Of a stretch of DNA of 64,000 nucleotides, positions 36,727 through 50,001 are shown piece after piece. The notes beneath the pieces were generated by a model. That model was not told the DNA's origin, ran no database searches, and saw only the letters and a program-made list of their open reading frames with translations. Both the position numbers and the translations under genes were made by a program. The DNA is from Haliotis rufescens (lineage: Eukaryota), in assembly GCF_023055435.1 (NCBI RefSeq), contig NW_025964079.1, forward strand, positions 434,001-498,000, written 5' to 3'. Every line of letters begins with the position of its first letter. Positions within the stretch are counted from its first letter, which is position 1.

Positions 36727-37975
36727 ACTAATGCCGGCTTTATTGTGCAAGCACACTGATTCACCATGCCGCAGTTTAACGTTTATCCCCCACTCAGACA
36801 CAGTACACTGACTCCGAGCCGGCCAATCCAATTGTACTATCCTCTTAATGCCGAGCGTCAGCACATTGAAGAAAAACCGACGTGTTTTTGCTGTGATAGT
36901 CACGTGTTCTCATTACGTTCTACAAACAAGTCTTTCCTTGGTGAGTGACATTCAATAACAAGAATACTTTGTACTTATACATGTATACTATTTATGCTTA
37001 CTGCAAGTAAAATTATAAAAGAAATCTTGACATGAGATGAGGTGAAGTGGGTTCAAGATAACTTCACTTATTTTGCGGCCTGCCGGGCTGCTTGTACTAG
37101 TCGGGATGTGTGTCAGTTTGATTGTGGACTTTGTCACTGTCAGCCATTTGAAAAGACTCCCTTCAAGCTGAAAAAAGCTTTATAGATTGGGTAAACATCA
37201 TTACCTCTTTACTTTTTGCACTTTGAATATCAAGGATCGTGTTCAGAATCTGCTAACGATACCCGATGTCTTTAATGACAGCAAATCTAAGTCTCTCGTG
37301 GGCCAGTGACGTCATTATACGCGGGATTAAGGCCTATCCAGAGTGGCTTAATGATTAAGGCGTTTACTCGTCACGCCGTGTTTTTTTTTTCTGCATCGGT
37401 ACACTCTCTAAAAAAACATTCCTGGGAGCCTGAGATATGTTTTTTGCTCCTTCAGCGATTGGTTTGGCTGCAAAACACATGAGTTCGACGTATTTTGTCT
37501 AATTAATCGATAATCATAAATTGCAACATCTTTAATCACTGAAAGCATCACATTAAAAGCAACTCATATTGTCATAAATTCCTCAAAATTTATATTCTAT
37601 AAATATATGTCCATTGCACGATTCTGACTTCATCATTCTTGAATCACTATCAAATAGATGAATCCAGGTGTTCGCGAAAATGCGACAGTATCCTGTCCCT
37701 CCGGTTGCTCACGTCACACGCGTAAAGGCAAGTCAAGTGTTCACCTAAATAAACACAGGAACATCTAGTTCCTGTTTAAATAGGGAATTGCTTCAGACAT
37801 CATTGTGGTGGTTGATGCGTAAAATTTGAAAAGATCCACGTCATATATAACACTGTTTGACACTCTCCTTACGAGAGAATACATTCAGAAGCAAAGACAC
37901 ATTTACTACTCGAACTAATCAATACGAGAGACAACATATAACAACTTTAAACACACTCCATCAATGATTCATAAC

Positions 37976-39205
37976 CTAGAAACCCAAGTTCAAGCCGATG
38001 TATAGCAGTGTTATTGGAATTCCCAAAAGTAAAGGGATACACAGCACCCAGAAGAAAAACAAATCCAGTGCTTTGCTCACTCGTTCCCATGTGACGGGCT
38101 GATTAGCCTTAGCCTGAAGCTCTTGTAACTGTCCAGATTCCTCTATTGCAGGTTTGTCACGGTTTCCAAACCGGCCAAATGCATCGACCTTTTCGACCCA
38201 AGTTGTGAATCTTTGTAATGTTTTACGAATGGGTTTCGATTCACTCTGTCCACAGAACCGGACACTGAAGATGCTGACGATGACAAATACTGCAGACATT
38301 GTAAGTGTGAGTCCAAGGATGATGATGAAGGGCGATATACCCTGGGAGCTCTGGGGTATCATATCTGTGAGAAAGCCCATGTAGACCCCATATGACAGAG
38401 GAATCGTTATGGCAAAGGATATTTTTTCTCCTGAATCTGCAGGAATGAGAAACACAAATGTCCCCAGGACGGACAGGATCAACACAGGGAGGATGAAGTT
38501 GAAGACAAAATGCACAGGGCGTCTGTCCAGTGTAAGCGTAATAAGCACATGTGATATTGGCTTGTTGTCAAAGGTCTTTTCCTTGGCTGTGATTGATGTT
38601 GGTTTTAGCTTCCACTGACCGCCTATGTTTGAACTAGATGTTCCAGCTACTGACTGGCGGACTTTCAGGTCAACTTCTGACGTCGAATATGACCAGACGA
38701 CAATCTCCATGGAACACTTCAGGCTATCAAATGGATACATTAGAACGTCCGTTTCACAATGCAGGTAGAATAAGTCTCCTGTCATCCACTGCACGTGTCC
38801 ATCAGAGGATACTTTCAAAGGCACGAAATCTCCTCCAATGTGGTTTAGTTGTTGGAAGGAATTGGACACAACAAGATCAGGTTTCCACACGTAGCTATCT
38901 GGGGGTCTGATAAACTCAACTCCGTCATACATCTCAGAATTCCAGGTGAGAAACTGATCAGACCACGTCACATCAAACCACCCTGTGCATAGGAGCTGTT
39001 GTTGAGACTCAGTGTATCGGCTCACTGTGTGTAGATGAAAGTCAAATTCAACTGTTATAGTTTCGGATTTGTTGTAGACGGGCCTCTCGTATGGGTTGTT
39101 GTTCCAGATGATGTCATTGTAGAGGCGGAATTCACCAGTTGAGTGTCTGGCTGACTCGATAGACACAACACCAATCACCAAATTACAGATTGTGAAGAGT
39201 AGCAT
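37976..39205 (-). CDS. Atypical nAChR-like subunit, type B copy 2
   Basis: Intact 409-aa ORF. Confidence 0.96.
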   Translation of the reverse strand: MLLFTICNLVIGVVSIESARHSTGEFRLYNDIIWNNNPYERPVYNKSETITVEFDFHLHTVSRYTESQQQLLCTGWFDVTWSDQFLTWNSEMYDGVEFIRPPDSYVWKPDLVVSNSFQQLNHIGGDFVPLKVSSDGHVQWMTGDLFYLHCETDVLMYPFDSLKCSMEIVVWSYSTSEVDLKVRQSVAGTSSSNIGGQWKLKPTSITAKEKTFDNKPISHVLITLTLDRRPVHFVFNFILPVLILSVLGTFVFLIPADSGEKISFAITIPLSYGVYMGFLTDMIPQSSQGISPFIIILGLTLTMSAVFVIVSIFSVRFCGQSESKPIRKTLQRFTTWVEKVDAFGRFGNRDKPAIEESGQLQELQAKANQPVTWERVSKALDLFFFWVLCIPLLLGIPITLLYIGLNLGF

Positions 39206-42200
39206 GATTGCACAGATGGTAATGTAGAACTTAGCAGTGTAGAGTTTTGATGCCGTGGAGCTGCAATAATGAAAAGATACACGTGTCTCAGAGGTAAAAT
39301 AAGAGGGAATTTAAAATAGTCAAATTGATATTGTTAGATTGTTTGATGTGTAACCCCGCATTCAGCAATATATATAGCTCGAGGCTGGACCCACGTCAGC
39401 GAGCAATCACCCAATCCATTTAGTCGTCTCTTGCAACAAACATGGGTAAGAATAGAGGGATGCTTTAATTAATGTTATAATAAATACACAACGAACAATG
39501 CATTCCATTCATTGCTTTCCAACGAAAACACGAGCTTGTTTAATCAATGGCATTTGCATTCTCTTTCATCGGTAAATGCAGGGAAATGAGAGCGACAAAA
39601 CCCTTTTCATGTCCATTTCAAATCTGCTCAAAGGAGAGTTGATTGTACGATTGCGACTATCCTGAACATGTGTTTAGTAATTACTATCAAATAGTGATTA
39701 AAACCCGGTTTTCGCGAAAAAGGGAGAATATCCTGTCCCACTAGTTGCACACGTCACAAACACATTCAAAGTTAAACCAATTGTTTAACACGGGGACAAG
39801 TCAAAATAGTGAATTGCATCGGACATTATTTTTATCACTGATGTGTCAAATTTGCTACTTTCCTCCGTATGCCTACCATCAAACTGTTTGAAAGCTTTGC
39901 TCAATCATTGAATGTTGTAACCTGGATGAAACAACTACTGACAAAGAGTTGTAATCTTCGTAAAAGGACATGTTCGATTGTATCTAAAAAGTTGCGACAT
40001 GTAGACATTGGGAGAGTGTTTTGTCACTCTGAATCTTTATGCATACATCTAAATATGAAACAGATAAAATGGTCTCACCAGTCTCCTTTATTCCTAGTTC
40101 AGGTGAGTAAAACAATGGAAGGGACATGGCTATTCGGTGCTTATTGAATACAATTTTAACTGAACCATCTAGCCATGTCGGAGATGTCACAAATGTAAAA
40201 CAATTGCATCCAGTTCGCGATGACGGACGACCTGCGGCGACAAAATCCTTTTAGGCCAGGTGAGCTAAAAATAAGTTGTTTGCTGGATGTCCTGATGTCG
40301 GCTCCTTCCTTCACAGAATACTAATGGTGTGTTTTGAGGCAGTGAAATTGTGGGTCCCTAATATTATCGTATATTTTGACAAAAATGATAAAATTCAATC
40401 ATCACATCAGAAGTCTCCATTCTCCACATTCTTATTCTGAGATTTATTTCTAATGGTATCGCAAATACAATTTCAGCAGTACGTCACATTTGGCATGTGA
40501 CTGGTCAAATATTTAATTACTTAATCCGAAATCTTACCTTTTTTTCAGCATTCTTGTTATTCTAAAGAACATTACCTTGCACGACTGTTTCAGTTTGATC
40601 CCTGCAGGCCTAAATATTTGTAGAGAAGTAATTTCTCAATAATCGTTGGAGGCCAGTACAAAATGCAGATTTGCGGACGCTACATTTTTCAGAGAACATG
40701 TCAAATACATTGTTAACAGACAATACGGTGTGTTTCAAATATCGGAAATATTAAAACAACACGTACCATTGGATCAGTGAGGTCAATTGACGCGAAACTG
40801 ATCGCTCTCACAAATGATTGCACTAAATAAATAAAATGGATATTAATAAGAAATGGTGAATGATGATAACAAACCACTTACGCAATTGCAGATAAGCTGA
40901 AATAAGAAAACACGTGCCACCTCTCAGTGTTATATTAAATAAAGTAAAATAAATAGAACGGGTCATATTCCTGTATGTTACTTACCAGTCCTCCGAAAAT
41001 CAGTTCAGATTATTACCATTATGTTTGTCTTTGACTTTATCGCCCAACTCATCTCAACCTTTTGGATGGGCAATGTCATGTCATGGAAACAGTTGAACGG
41101 CTGCATAAATCCCAACGAACTATCTGCTATCAACAAGCACAATGATTGACGTTCCCCAAATCCGCTCATAAAATACCAACTCTGTTCTGTTTGCACAAAA
41201 CAGCTTGGACTGTTCAGGATGTCAAAACTCGGAGTTGTAGGGTCCTAACATTTCACAATGAAACACGGATTCGCAGCATAACAGGTACGAGTATTTAGTG
41301 CGTCCAACTACTTCAGCAGTTCATTTACAATTTACGGGCTCTAGAAAGTGCAATGTAAACATGGGCCCAGAGGCCCAGAGCAACACAGCAATCAATAACC
41401 GTCAGGTACGGACCTCTTAAATCAGTTTTATGAACTGCTAATTCATGTTATCACAAATTCCACAGTGCATCAATATTAATAATTGACACCAACTCTGTTT
41501 AACATCTGTGGAAACCAAGGAATATTTTCTAGCTCGTGGCAGTCGCAGACGTTGCTGCCTTCAAGATAAACACATGTGTCCTAGTGTCACCTTAACGCAT
41601 TTGTCGAACTGCACACATAAAAATAACATAATATTGTGATTTGTGGACTCGGTTGTCATGATAATTATATGCTAATTGCACATGGGAATTTTAGCAATTT
41701 TCAATGCTGAATGGTCAGTTAAAATCTTATTCATTATTCATGTCACTTTATGGCATTACCTCATTTGAACACTGTTTCTGCTCGGTAGGCATGACTTTTG
41801 ATTCGTCCTTCTTCATTTATTGACACAAAATGTATTGCATAAACCAAAGCCAGAGAGTGCACCATCCATAGTACACGGTCATAGTTGTTTACCACTCTGG
41901 TCAAGCTTTGATTCGATCAACGGTGCACGGGTGCCCAAGTTGTTACGTCCAAGGATCCTATTATCGTCGGGTCAAATCCAAGATTTGCACTGAATATGAT
42001 CCTTAGTTTTGCAGACTGTACCCGCTCTCCTTTGGGCTTCACACACACAAAACTGTCAGAGACCTGCGTCACTTTGCTTTGTTCTCTCAACTATGACTTG
42101 ACAACCAGCGTCCCCCAATGTCTCTCCCAATTGCGAGGGCTGAAAACTGATTCTTCTCCTGCGACACATGATAGCTTTTGCTAGTCTAATCTGATTTAGA

Positions 42201-42555
42201 TGAGTTCTTATGTCCTCATCCGTGCCATCATTGGAGAACAGACCATACAGTTTTGAGTTTCGAGTCATCACTGATTTGCAGTGATCCATTCATATAGCTT
42301 TCACTGCTGTTTTGCCTTTTGTGCGGAAAGGAATCTGTTTTGGCGGATAATCGAGACTGGTTACTCTCTGGTGATAACGTTTTGTATTTCAGATGGCACA
42401 TCATAATAGAGCATACTCAAGTCACACAAAAATAAAGACACTGTCAATTATTTCCACGCACAATTCACAATGAATATTTTTCTCAGAGAATTACTATAAC
42501 CTATTCTACTAAATATGACATATACAATTGATGGTTCGGAAGAAATATTTTGTCA

Positions 42556-43785
42556 TTAAAGCACTGCTATGGACAGCAACAGTACTGGAATCGCTATCAA
42601 CAAAGGTATACACAACACCCAGAAGAAAAACAGATCCAGAGCCGTGCTCACTCGCTTCCACGTCATTACTTGAATATGTTCCTTAGCCTCGCCCTCATCT
42701 GATTGTTCTGTGTCCTCAGAGATATGGTTAGGATGCAACCTTCTTTGTCGACGGCAGTTTTTAACATGTTCAACCCAGACGGTGATTCTTTGGAATGCTT
42801 TAGGAACGGGTCGTGAATTACTGAGTGCTGAGATCCTGACACTGAATATGCTGAGGATGACAAATAATGCAGACAATGATAGCGTGATTCCAAGGAAAAT
42901 GATAAAGGTGGACACACCCTCGGAACTTTGTGGTACCATGTTTGTTAGAAATCCCATGTAGACACCATAAGAAAGAGGAAGTGTGATGGCAAATGATACT
43001 TTTTCTCCTGAATCTGCTGGAATGAGGAACACAAACGTTCCTAGAAGAGAGAGAATCATGACGGGAAGGATAAAGTTAAAGACAAAATTGGTTGGGAGTC
43101 TTTCTAGAATGAGTGTAATTTTCACTGTTGACATTGTTTTGTTGTCAGAATGTTTTTTCAACGAAATGATAGTGGCTGACGTCAAACTCCACTGACCCCG
43201 TATATTGGAACTGGACACTCCAGCACGAGATTGCAGTGGTTTCAGGTCAACTTCTGTCACTGAGTGTGACCACACAACCAGATTCATAAAACACTTCAGG
43301 CTATCAAATGGGTACAACTCAACGTCAACATTACATGGCAGGTAGAATAAATCCCCAGGCATCCACTGTATATGTCCATTTGAAAATAGTTTCAGAGACA
43401 CGAAATCTCCTCCAAGGCGGTCGAGTTGTTGGAAGGAATTGGACACAACAAGATCCGGTTTCCACACGTAGCTATCTGGTGGTCTGATAAACTCAACTCC
43501 GTCATACATCTCAGAATTCCAGGTGAGAAACTGATCAGACCACGTCACGACAAACCACCCTGTGCATAGGAGTTGTTGTTGAGACTCAATGTATTGGCTC
43601 AATGTGTGTAGATGAAAGTCAAATTCAACTGTAATAGTTTCGGATTTGTTGTAGACGGGCCTCTCGTTTGGGTTGTTGTTCCAGATGATGTCATTGTAGA
43701 GGCGGAATTCACCAGTGGCGTTTCTGAGCTGTGTCTCAACAGACACAAAACCACAAGCAAGAATAAACAAAATTGCTGACATCAT
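42556..43785 (-). CDS. Atypical nAChR-like subunit, type A copy 3 (most divergent A)
   Basis: Intact 409-aa ORF; B-like YVWKPD patch. Confidence 0.96.
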   Translation of the reverse strand: MMSAILFILACGFVSVETQLRNATGEFRLYNDIIWNNNPNERPVYNKSETITVEFDFHLHTLSQYIESQQQLLCTGWFVVTWSDQFLTWNSEMYDGVEFIRPPDSYVWKPDLVVSNSFQQLDRLGGDFVSLKLFSNGHIQWMPGDLFYLPCNVDVELYPFDSLKCFMNLVVWSHSVTEVDLKPLQSRAGVSSSNIRGQWSLTSATIISLKKHSDNKTMSTVKITLILERLPTNFVFNFILPVMILSLLGTFVFLIPADSGEKVSFAITLPLSYGVYMGFLTNMVPQSSEGVSTFIIFLGITLSLSALFVILSIFSVRISALSNSRPVPKAFQRITVWVEHVKNCRRQRRLHPNHISEDTEQSDEGEAKEHIQVMTWKRVSTALDLFFFWVLCIPLLIAIPVLLLSIAVL

Positions 43786-46571
43786 GGTCGTATTGCATCA
43801 GACCTTATCTTCTTCCTCTGCGATTGACATTGGTCAAAAGTGCTTCTTGTGTATTTCCTGAAATTAATATGAAAAATGAAGTAATATGAAATAATTCTTT
43901 CTGAATATATGTAAACAAATCTGGTTTTGTGGTGTTGAAAGTGCTTATCAGTTCTGAAATTTGATAACTCGCTGACCGTGTTGGAGCACATATAATATAT
44001 TCCCACGACTACAAGCGTTCCTTCTCAGGCCTTTCGGGTGTGTGTGTTGAGTATGTGTTTGTTGATTTGTTTTATCAAAACCGTTTTGGATAATCAATTG
44101 CTCACCATAGGTACGGTTGGGTAACAAAAGATTTTCTTTTTCTTTCCACTTACATATCGCCGTAAATGAGGCTTACATGACAAATATAGCCTTGAGCTTC
44201 AGACATTTTGTAAAGAATCGAATAGTGTGAATGGAAGCTGATATTTTCGCCCTTTCCATGTGCAAGATATGTGCATTTCAATGGGTACGATGTAGGTATA
44301 TTTTGCATCTTTATAGCCTCAGATGGCCAAAGTATTGTTTGCAAGTTTCATTCCGCTGCTTACAATACATGGGGCGATGAGGTGAAGATTATGCGTCATA
44401 CGAAAAGACGTTAAAAGATGTGTGCGTGTGTGTGTGAGTTCATGCGTGCGTGTTTGTCGTTGACGGTCCATATGAATGCTGTTTGTATAGTTCTAGTCCA
44501 CACAGATAGCACGCCACAATTTATCATTGATACCCCACTCAGACACAGTAAACTGAATGTCAGCCGACCAGGCAGGGTAAAAAGAAGCACTGTTTTTTTA
44601 ACGTCTTTTCGTATGACATATGACGTATGACCTTTCGTTCTCCGGGCAGACTCTCTATCCGCTAGACCACGGATGTAGTCTGTATATAAATGACTTAATG
44701 AATGTTAAGGGTAATGGGTACGTTATATTTTATTATACTTCTTTTTAAGAGACTGACCTGTCAGCCAACCAAAATTTGTTTAAACAATATGTTTGAGTTT
44801 TGTCTAGTTACCTGCATATTTATAACAATGCCAAGATATGTGAAGAAATTAACATAATTTCCTTTCATTCGAAATCGTTTATTTGTTGTAAATACATAAC
44901 TAAACATATTTACGATATCCTGTGCGTAACTGGTTAGATTATTCAAGAAAATGAAAATATAGAAATGACGTCATTATAAAACTATGCCAGTACAAATATT
45001 CGTATAAAATGTCTTTTACATTGGTATGAGTATATTGGACCAATCAGTTAACATCAAAATAGGAAAACAATATCCATCAGGGCATACTCCACAAAGCGAT
45101 CTTTGCACCAAGACAGCCGTAGCGCCCATGCATTACCACTGATAAAGGCAGCCGTAGAACTAAGGTCGCTTTGTGGGAAAGTGGCCTGCTCGCTAACTAA
45201 ACTTACCGGTAAAGATGTAGTTATTTTCTTGGTGAAACACCTTAGTCCATTGTAAATCCGTATCCTTCAAGATGGTACAGTGATACCGTGTCGCAAAAAG
45301 ACATGAAGTTCGTTTTATCTTTCCTGTGAGAAACGTAAAAACATTCAACCAATCTCCAAAACGTTCCATCCACGATAATGCCACCTACTGATCTGTTATC
45401 AGCCTGTACACAGATCGATGAGGTGCAACCCATATGACTGTGTAGGCAGCCTTCCCGGTATCGCACGTCCATGATGAATAACATAACAAACACCACTGTC
45501 GCCCTGTAACCTGCAACACTGGTTTACACAAATGCCATTAGGACTGATGAGTAATTACCACATGCAGACAGTTGTCGGGACATCAGTTACACAATACAAA
45601 TCAGTTGATGTGTCTCGTAACATCGGGGATGTTAACAGTGATTTCCATGGAGAACGTTGATCACGTTAAAGACTGTGTGATTGATCATGAGAAGTCGTAA
45701 TCTGTCTGAATCATTCAATTTCCTTTTGAGGTGTTCATTAGAGGCTGCTACGCGCATCCACTATTAAATGTCGTGATCACTTGTGAATCTAAAACCAATA
45801 AACTTGCTCTAAGCACCTTGTACACAGGCAGTCAAACCCATGGCAACCTGTGTAACCCGCTGTATGACAAAAGGGATGATTTGGATTTTCCAGCTGTGGA
45901 TTTCGGCTTCATGTTGACGAATATGCAATCAGATCCAGCTTATGGCGTCAACATTTCTGCTGAAATAGTTTAGAACATTTTATCCACATTCCGCAGAAAG
46001 ACATGTGTCTTACAACTGAGTACTTCAATAAAGGCTTCACCACCAAAGGCCCTATTCCAATGATAACACATTCAAAATACCCATAAAAAGATCCAAGTTA
46101 GAATTGGTCTTCAGCAACCTGTGCTTGCCATAAGCGATGATTAACATGATCGGGTGGTTAGTCTCGCATGGCATCATCCAAATTGTGTAAATCGATGCTC
46201 ATAGTGTCAGTCATTGGATTGCATGGTCCAGGCTCGGATATTTACAGACCGCCGTCATATGGCTGGATGATTGCTGAGTTTGGCGTTAAACAACAAACAA
46301 AGAAACAAATATAATCAAAAGACTACTTTCGAAGCAGTTGCACATAATCGAATGCATTGAGTGAGTACATTATTGCTTAATATCTTATGTTTGCAAGGCG
46401 CTGTGTTCTGATAATGCTCAAATTAATTCTGTCTGAAAGATCCTCAAAACATTGTGTGAAGTATTTCTCCTCCCTCAAAATCTTTGTAAATGTTTTTGTG
46501 ATACGTGAACAGGTTCGAGTGGGATACTGATTTTTGTACTGTACAGAGTGAAACCATCCACGACGATCTCC

Positions 46572-46680
46572 ACTGACGAATTCCATCTCTACGATCACCT
46601 GTAACATGAACCCATACGAGAGGCTTGTCTTCAACAAATAAGAAACTATAACAGTTAAATTTGACTTTCATCTGCATACC
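46572..46680 (+). pseudogene. Inverted 5' receptor fragment, second copy
   Basis: Duplicate of 24072-24180. Confidence 0.85.
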
Positions 46681-47422
46681 GACACATTGAGTCACGAGAA
46701 CATTGAGTCATACAGATGGACAAGTGCATAAAACCATAAACAAATAAGCAAACAAAACATGCGACAAGACATACCGATCGTTTGAATTAACTGGTTCGAT
46801 GTTTGTTCGCAAAGTAAACTTTTTGCTTTTGCTTCGGCCACCGAATATATGCCCGTTTAGGTAGACAGAAACTTTCAATCACTGGTTTGCCTGGTCCAGA
46901 CTGGGTAACTGTCATGGTGCGTGAGTCAGTAACTGAGTTTGGTTTTACGCCGCTTTTAGCAATATTCTAGCAATATGTCGGAGGACACCGGAAATGGGTT
47001 TCACACATTTTACCCGTCTGGGGAATGAATCCCGGACCTTTGATATGATGAGCGAACACTTTAACCGCCAGACTACCCAACGGCCACCATGATATGTTTT
47101 GAAAACTGCTGATTGTGGCGTTAAACCATCACTTGATAAGCATCCTAAACGTGGTATGATCACATCTTATCTTGGTCCCATGTCTCTCCAGTGCATGCCG
47201 CAAGAACAGATTGAAACAACACGTTCAGAAATTGTTGCCAGGCTGACCCTGTTTTTGCACTGTGATGACTGAGAAAATCATACAATGTTTTCTATGCTAG
47301 AAACAGTTAATGCGGTCACCCGCAACTGGACGCCACGTGGCAATCAGAGTGGTTATCTTGCTTCGATATCGTCGAATAACGATCTATTATAACAGAAAAA
47401 AGGGAGAAAATAGAGACGAAGA

Positions 47423-47485
<63 letters not shown>

Positions 47486-48771
47486 ACTAATGCCGGCTTA
47501 ATGGTGCAAGTATACTGATTCACCATGCCGCAGTTTAACGTTTATCCCCTAATCGGACACAGTGCACTGAACCGGCCAATCCTTGTATTATCCTCCTGAT
47601 GCCGAGCGTCAGCCCATCGAAGAAAAACGGACGTGTTTTTTACTGTGATAGTCACGTAATATACAAAAGTGTTCCTATTACAAACAAGTCTACAAACAAG
47701 TCTTTCCTTGGGGAGTTACATTTAATAAGAATGCGTTTTACTTATACATGTATACTATTTATGTTTACTGAAAAGGAAATTATAAAAGAAATAATTTATT
47801 ATGCATATTTGTATGTATATCTTGAGATGAGGTGAGATGAAGCCGGTTCAAGATAACTTCACTTATATAGTGGTCTGCGTGTCGGCTTGTACTAGTCGGG
47901 ATGTATGCCAGTTTCATAGTGGACTTTGTCACTGTCAGCCATTTGAAAAGACACCCTTCAAGCTGTAAAAAAGCTTTATAGATTGTGTAAACATCATTAC
48001 CTCTTTACTTTTTGCACTTTGAAAATCAAGGATCGTGTTCAGAATCTGCTAACGATACCCGATGTCTCAAATGACAGCAAATCTAAGTCTCTCGTGGGCC
48101 AGTGACGTCATTATACGCGGGACCAACGCCTGTCAAGGGTAGCTTAATGATTCAGGCGTTTACTCGTCACGTCGTGGTTTTATTTTCTGCATCGGCACAA
48201 TCTCTGGAAAACATTCCTGGGAGCCTGAGAAGATTTGTTTGCTCCTTCAGCGACTGGTTTGGCTGCAAACACATGAGTTCGACTTATTTTGTTTAATTAA
48301 TCGATAATCATAAATTGCAACATCTTTATTCACATGAAAGAATCACATTAAAAGCAACTCATATTGTCATAGACTCCTCTAATTACTTCTATAAATATAT
48401 GTCCATTGCACGATTCTGACTTCATCATTTGTGAATCGCTATCAAATAGATGACATCAGGTGATCGCGAAAATGTGACCATATCCTGTCCCACCTGTTGC
48501 TCACATCACAAACACGCGTAAAGGCAAGTCAAGTGTTCACCTGAATAAACACAGAAACTTCTAGTTCATGTTTAAATAGGGAATTGCTTCAGACATCATT
48601 GTGGTCACTAATTGGTAAAATTTGAAAGGATCCACGTCATATATAACACTGTTTGACACTCTCCTTACGAGAGAATACATTCAGAAGCAAAGACATATTT
48701 ACTACTCGAACTGATCTATACGAGAAATAACATGTAATAGCTTTAAACACACGCCATCAATGATTCATTAA

Positions 48772-50001
48772 CTAGAAGCCCAAGTTCAAGCCGATGTATA
48801 TCAGTGTTATTGGAATTCCCACAAGTGAAGGGATACACAACAACCAGAAGAAAAACAAATCCAGTGCTTTGCTCACTCGTTTCCATGTGACGGGCTGAGT
48901 AGTCTTCGCCTGAAGCTCTTGTAACTGTCCAGATTCCTCAATTGCAGGTTTGTGACGGTTTCCAAACCGGCCAAATGCATCGACCTTTTCGACCCAAATT
49001 GTGAATCTTTGTAATGTTTTACGAATGGGTTTCGATTCACTCTGTCCACAGAACCGGACACTGACGATGCTGACGATGACAAATACTGCAGACATTGTTA
49101 GTGTGAGTCCAAGGATGATGATGAAGGGCGATATACCCTGGGAGCTCTGGGGTATCATGTCTGTGAGAAAGCCCATGTAGACCCCATATGACAGAGGAAT
49201 CGTTATGGCAAAGGATATTTTTTCTCCTGAATCTGCAGGAATGAGAAACACAAATGTCCCCAGGACGGACAGGATCAACACAGGGAGGATGAAGTTGAAG
49301 ACAAAATGCACAGGGCGTCTGTCCAGTATAAGCGTAATAAGCACATGTGATATTGGCTTGTTGTCAAAGGTCTTTTCCTTGGCTGTGATTGATGTTGGTT
49401 TTAGCCTCCACTGACCGCCTATGTTTGAACTAGATGTTCCAGCTACTGACTGGCGGACTTTCAGGTCAACTTCTGACGTCGAATATGACCAGACGACAAT
49501 CTCCATGGAACACTTCAGGCTATCAAATGGATACATTAGAACGTCCGTTTCACAATGCAGGTAGAATAAGTCTCCTGTCATCCACTGCACGTGTCCATAA
49601 GAGGATACTTTCAAAGGCACGAAATCTCCTCCAATGTGGTTTAGTTGTTGGAAGGAATTGGACACAACAAGATCAGGTTTCCACACGTAGCTATCTGGGG
49701 GTCTGATAAACTCAACTCCGTCATACATCTCAGAATTCCAGGTGAGAAACTGATCAGACCACGACACATCAAACCACCCTGTGCATAGGAGCTGTTGTTG
49801 AGACTCAGTGTATCGGCTCACTGTGTGTAGATGAAAGTCAAATTCAACTGTTATAGTTTCGGATTTGTTGTAGACGGGCCTCTCGTATGGGTTGTTGTTC
49901 CAGATGATGTCATTGTAGAGGCGGAATTCACCAGTGGAGTGTCTGGCTGACTCGATAGACACAACACCAATCACCAAATTACAGATTGTGAAGAGCAGCA
50001 T
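48772..50001 (-). CDS. Atypical nAChR-like subunit, type B copy 3
   Basis: Intact 409-aa ORF, closest to B1. Confidence 0.96.
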   Translation of the reverse strand: MLLFTICNLVIGVVSIESARHSTGEFRLYNDIIWNNNPYERPVYNKSETITVEFDFHLHTVSRYTESQQQLLCTGWFDVSWSDQFLTWNSEMYDGVEFIRPPDSYVWKPDLVVSNSFQQLNHIGGDFVPLKVSSYGHVQWMTGDLFYLHCETDVLMYPFDSLKCSMEIVVWSYSTSEVDLKVRQSVAGTSSSNIGGQWRLKPTSITAKEKTFDNKPISHVLITLILDRRPVHFVFNFILPVLILSVLGTFVFLIPADSGEKISFAITIPLSYGVYMGFLTDMIPQSSQGISPFIIILGLTLTMSAVFVIVSIVSVRFCGQSESKPIRKTLQRFTIWVEKVDAFGRFGNRHKPAIEESGQLQELQAKTTQPVTWKRVSKALDLFFFWLLCIPSLVGIPITLIYIGLNLGF

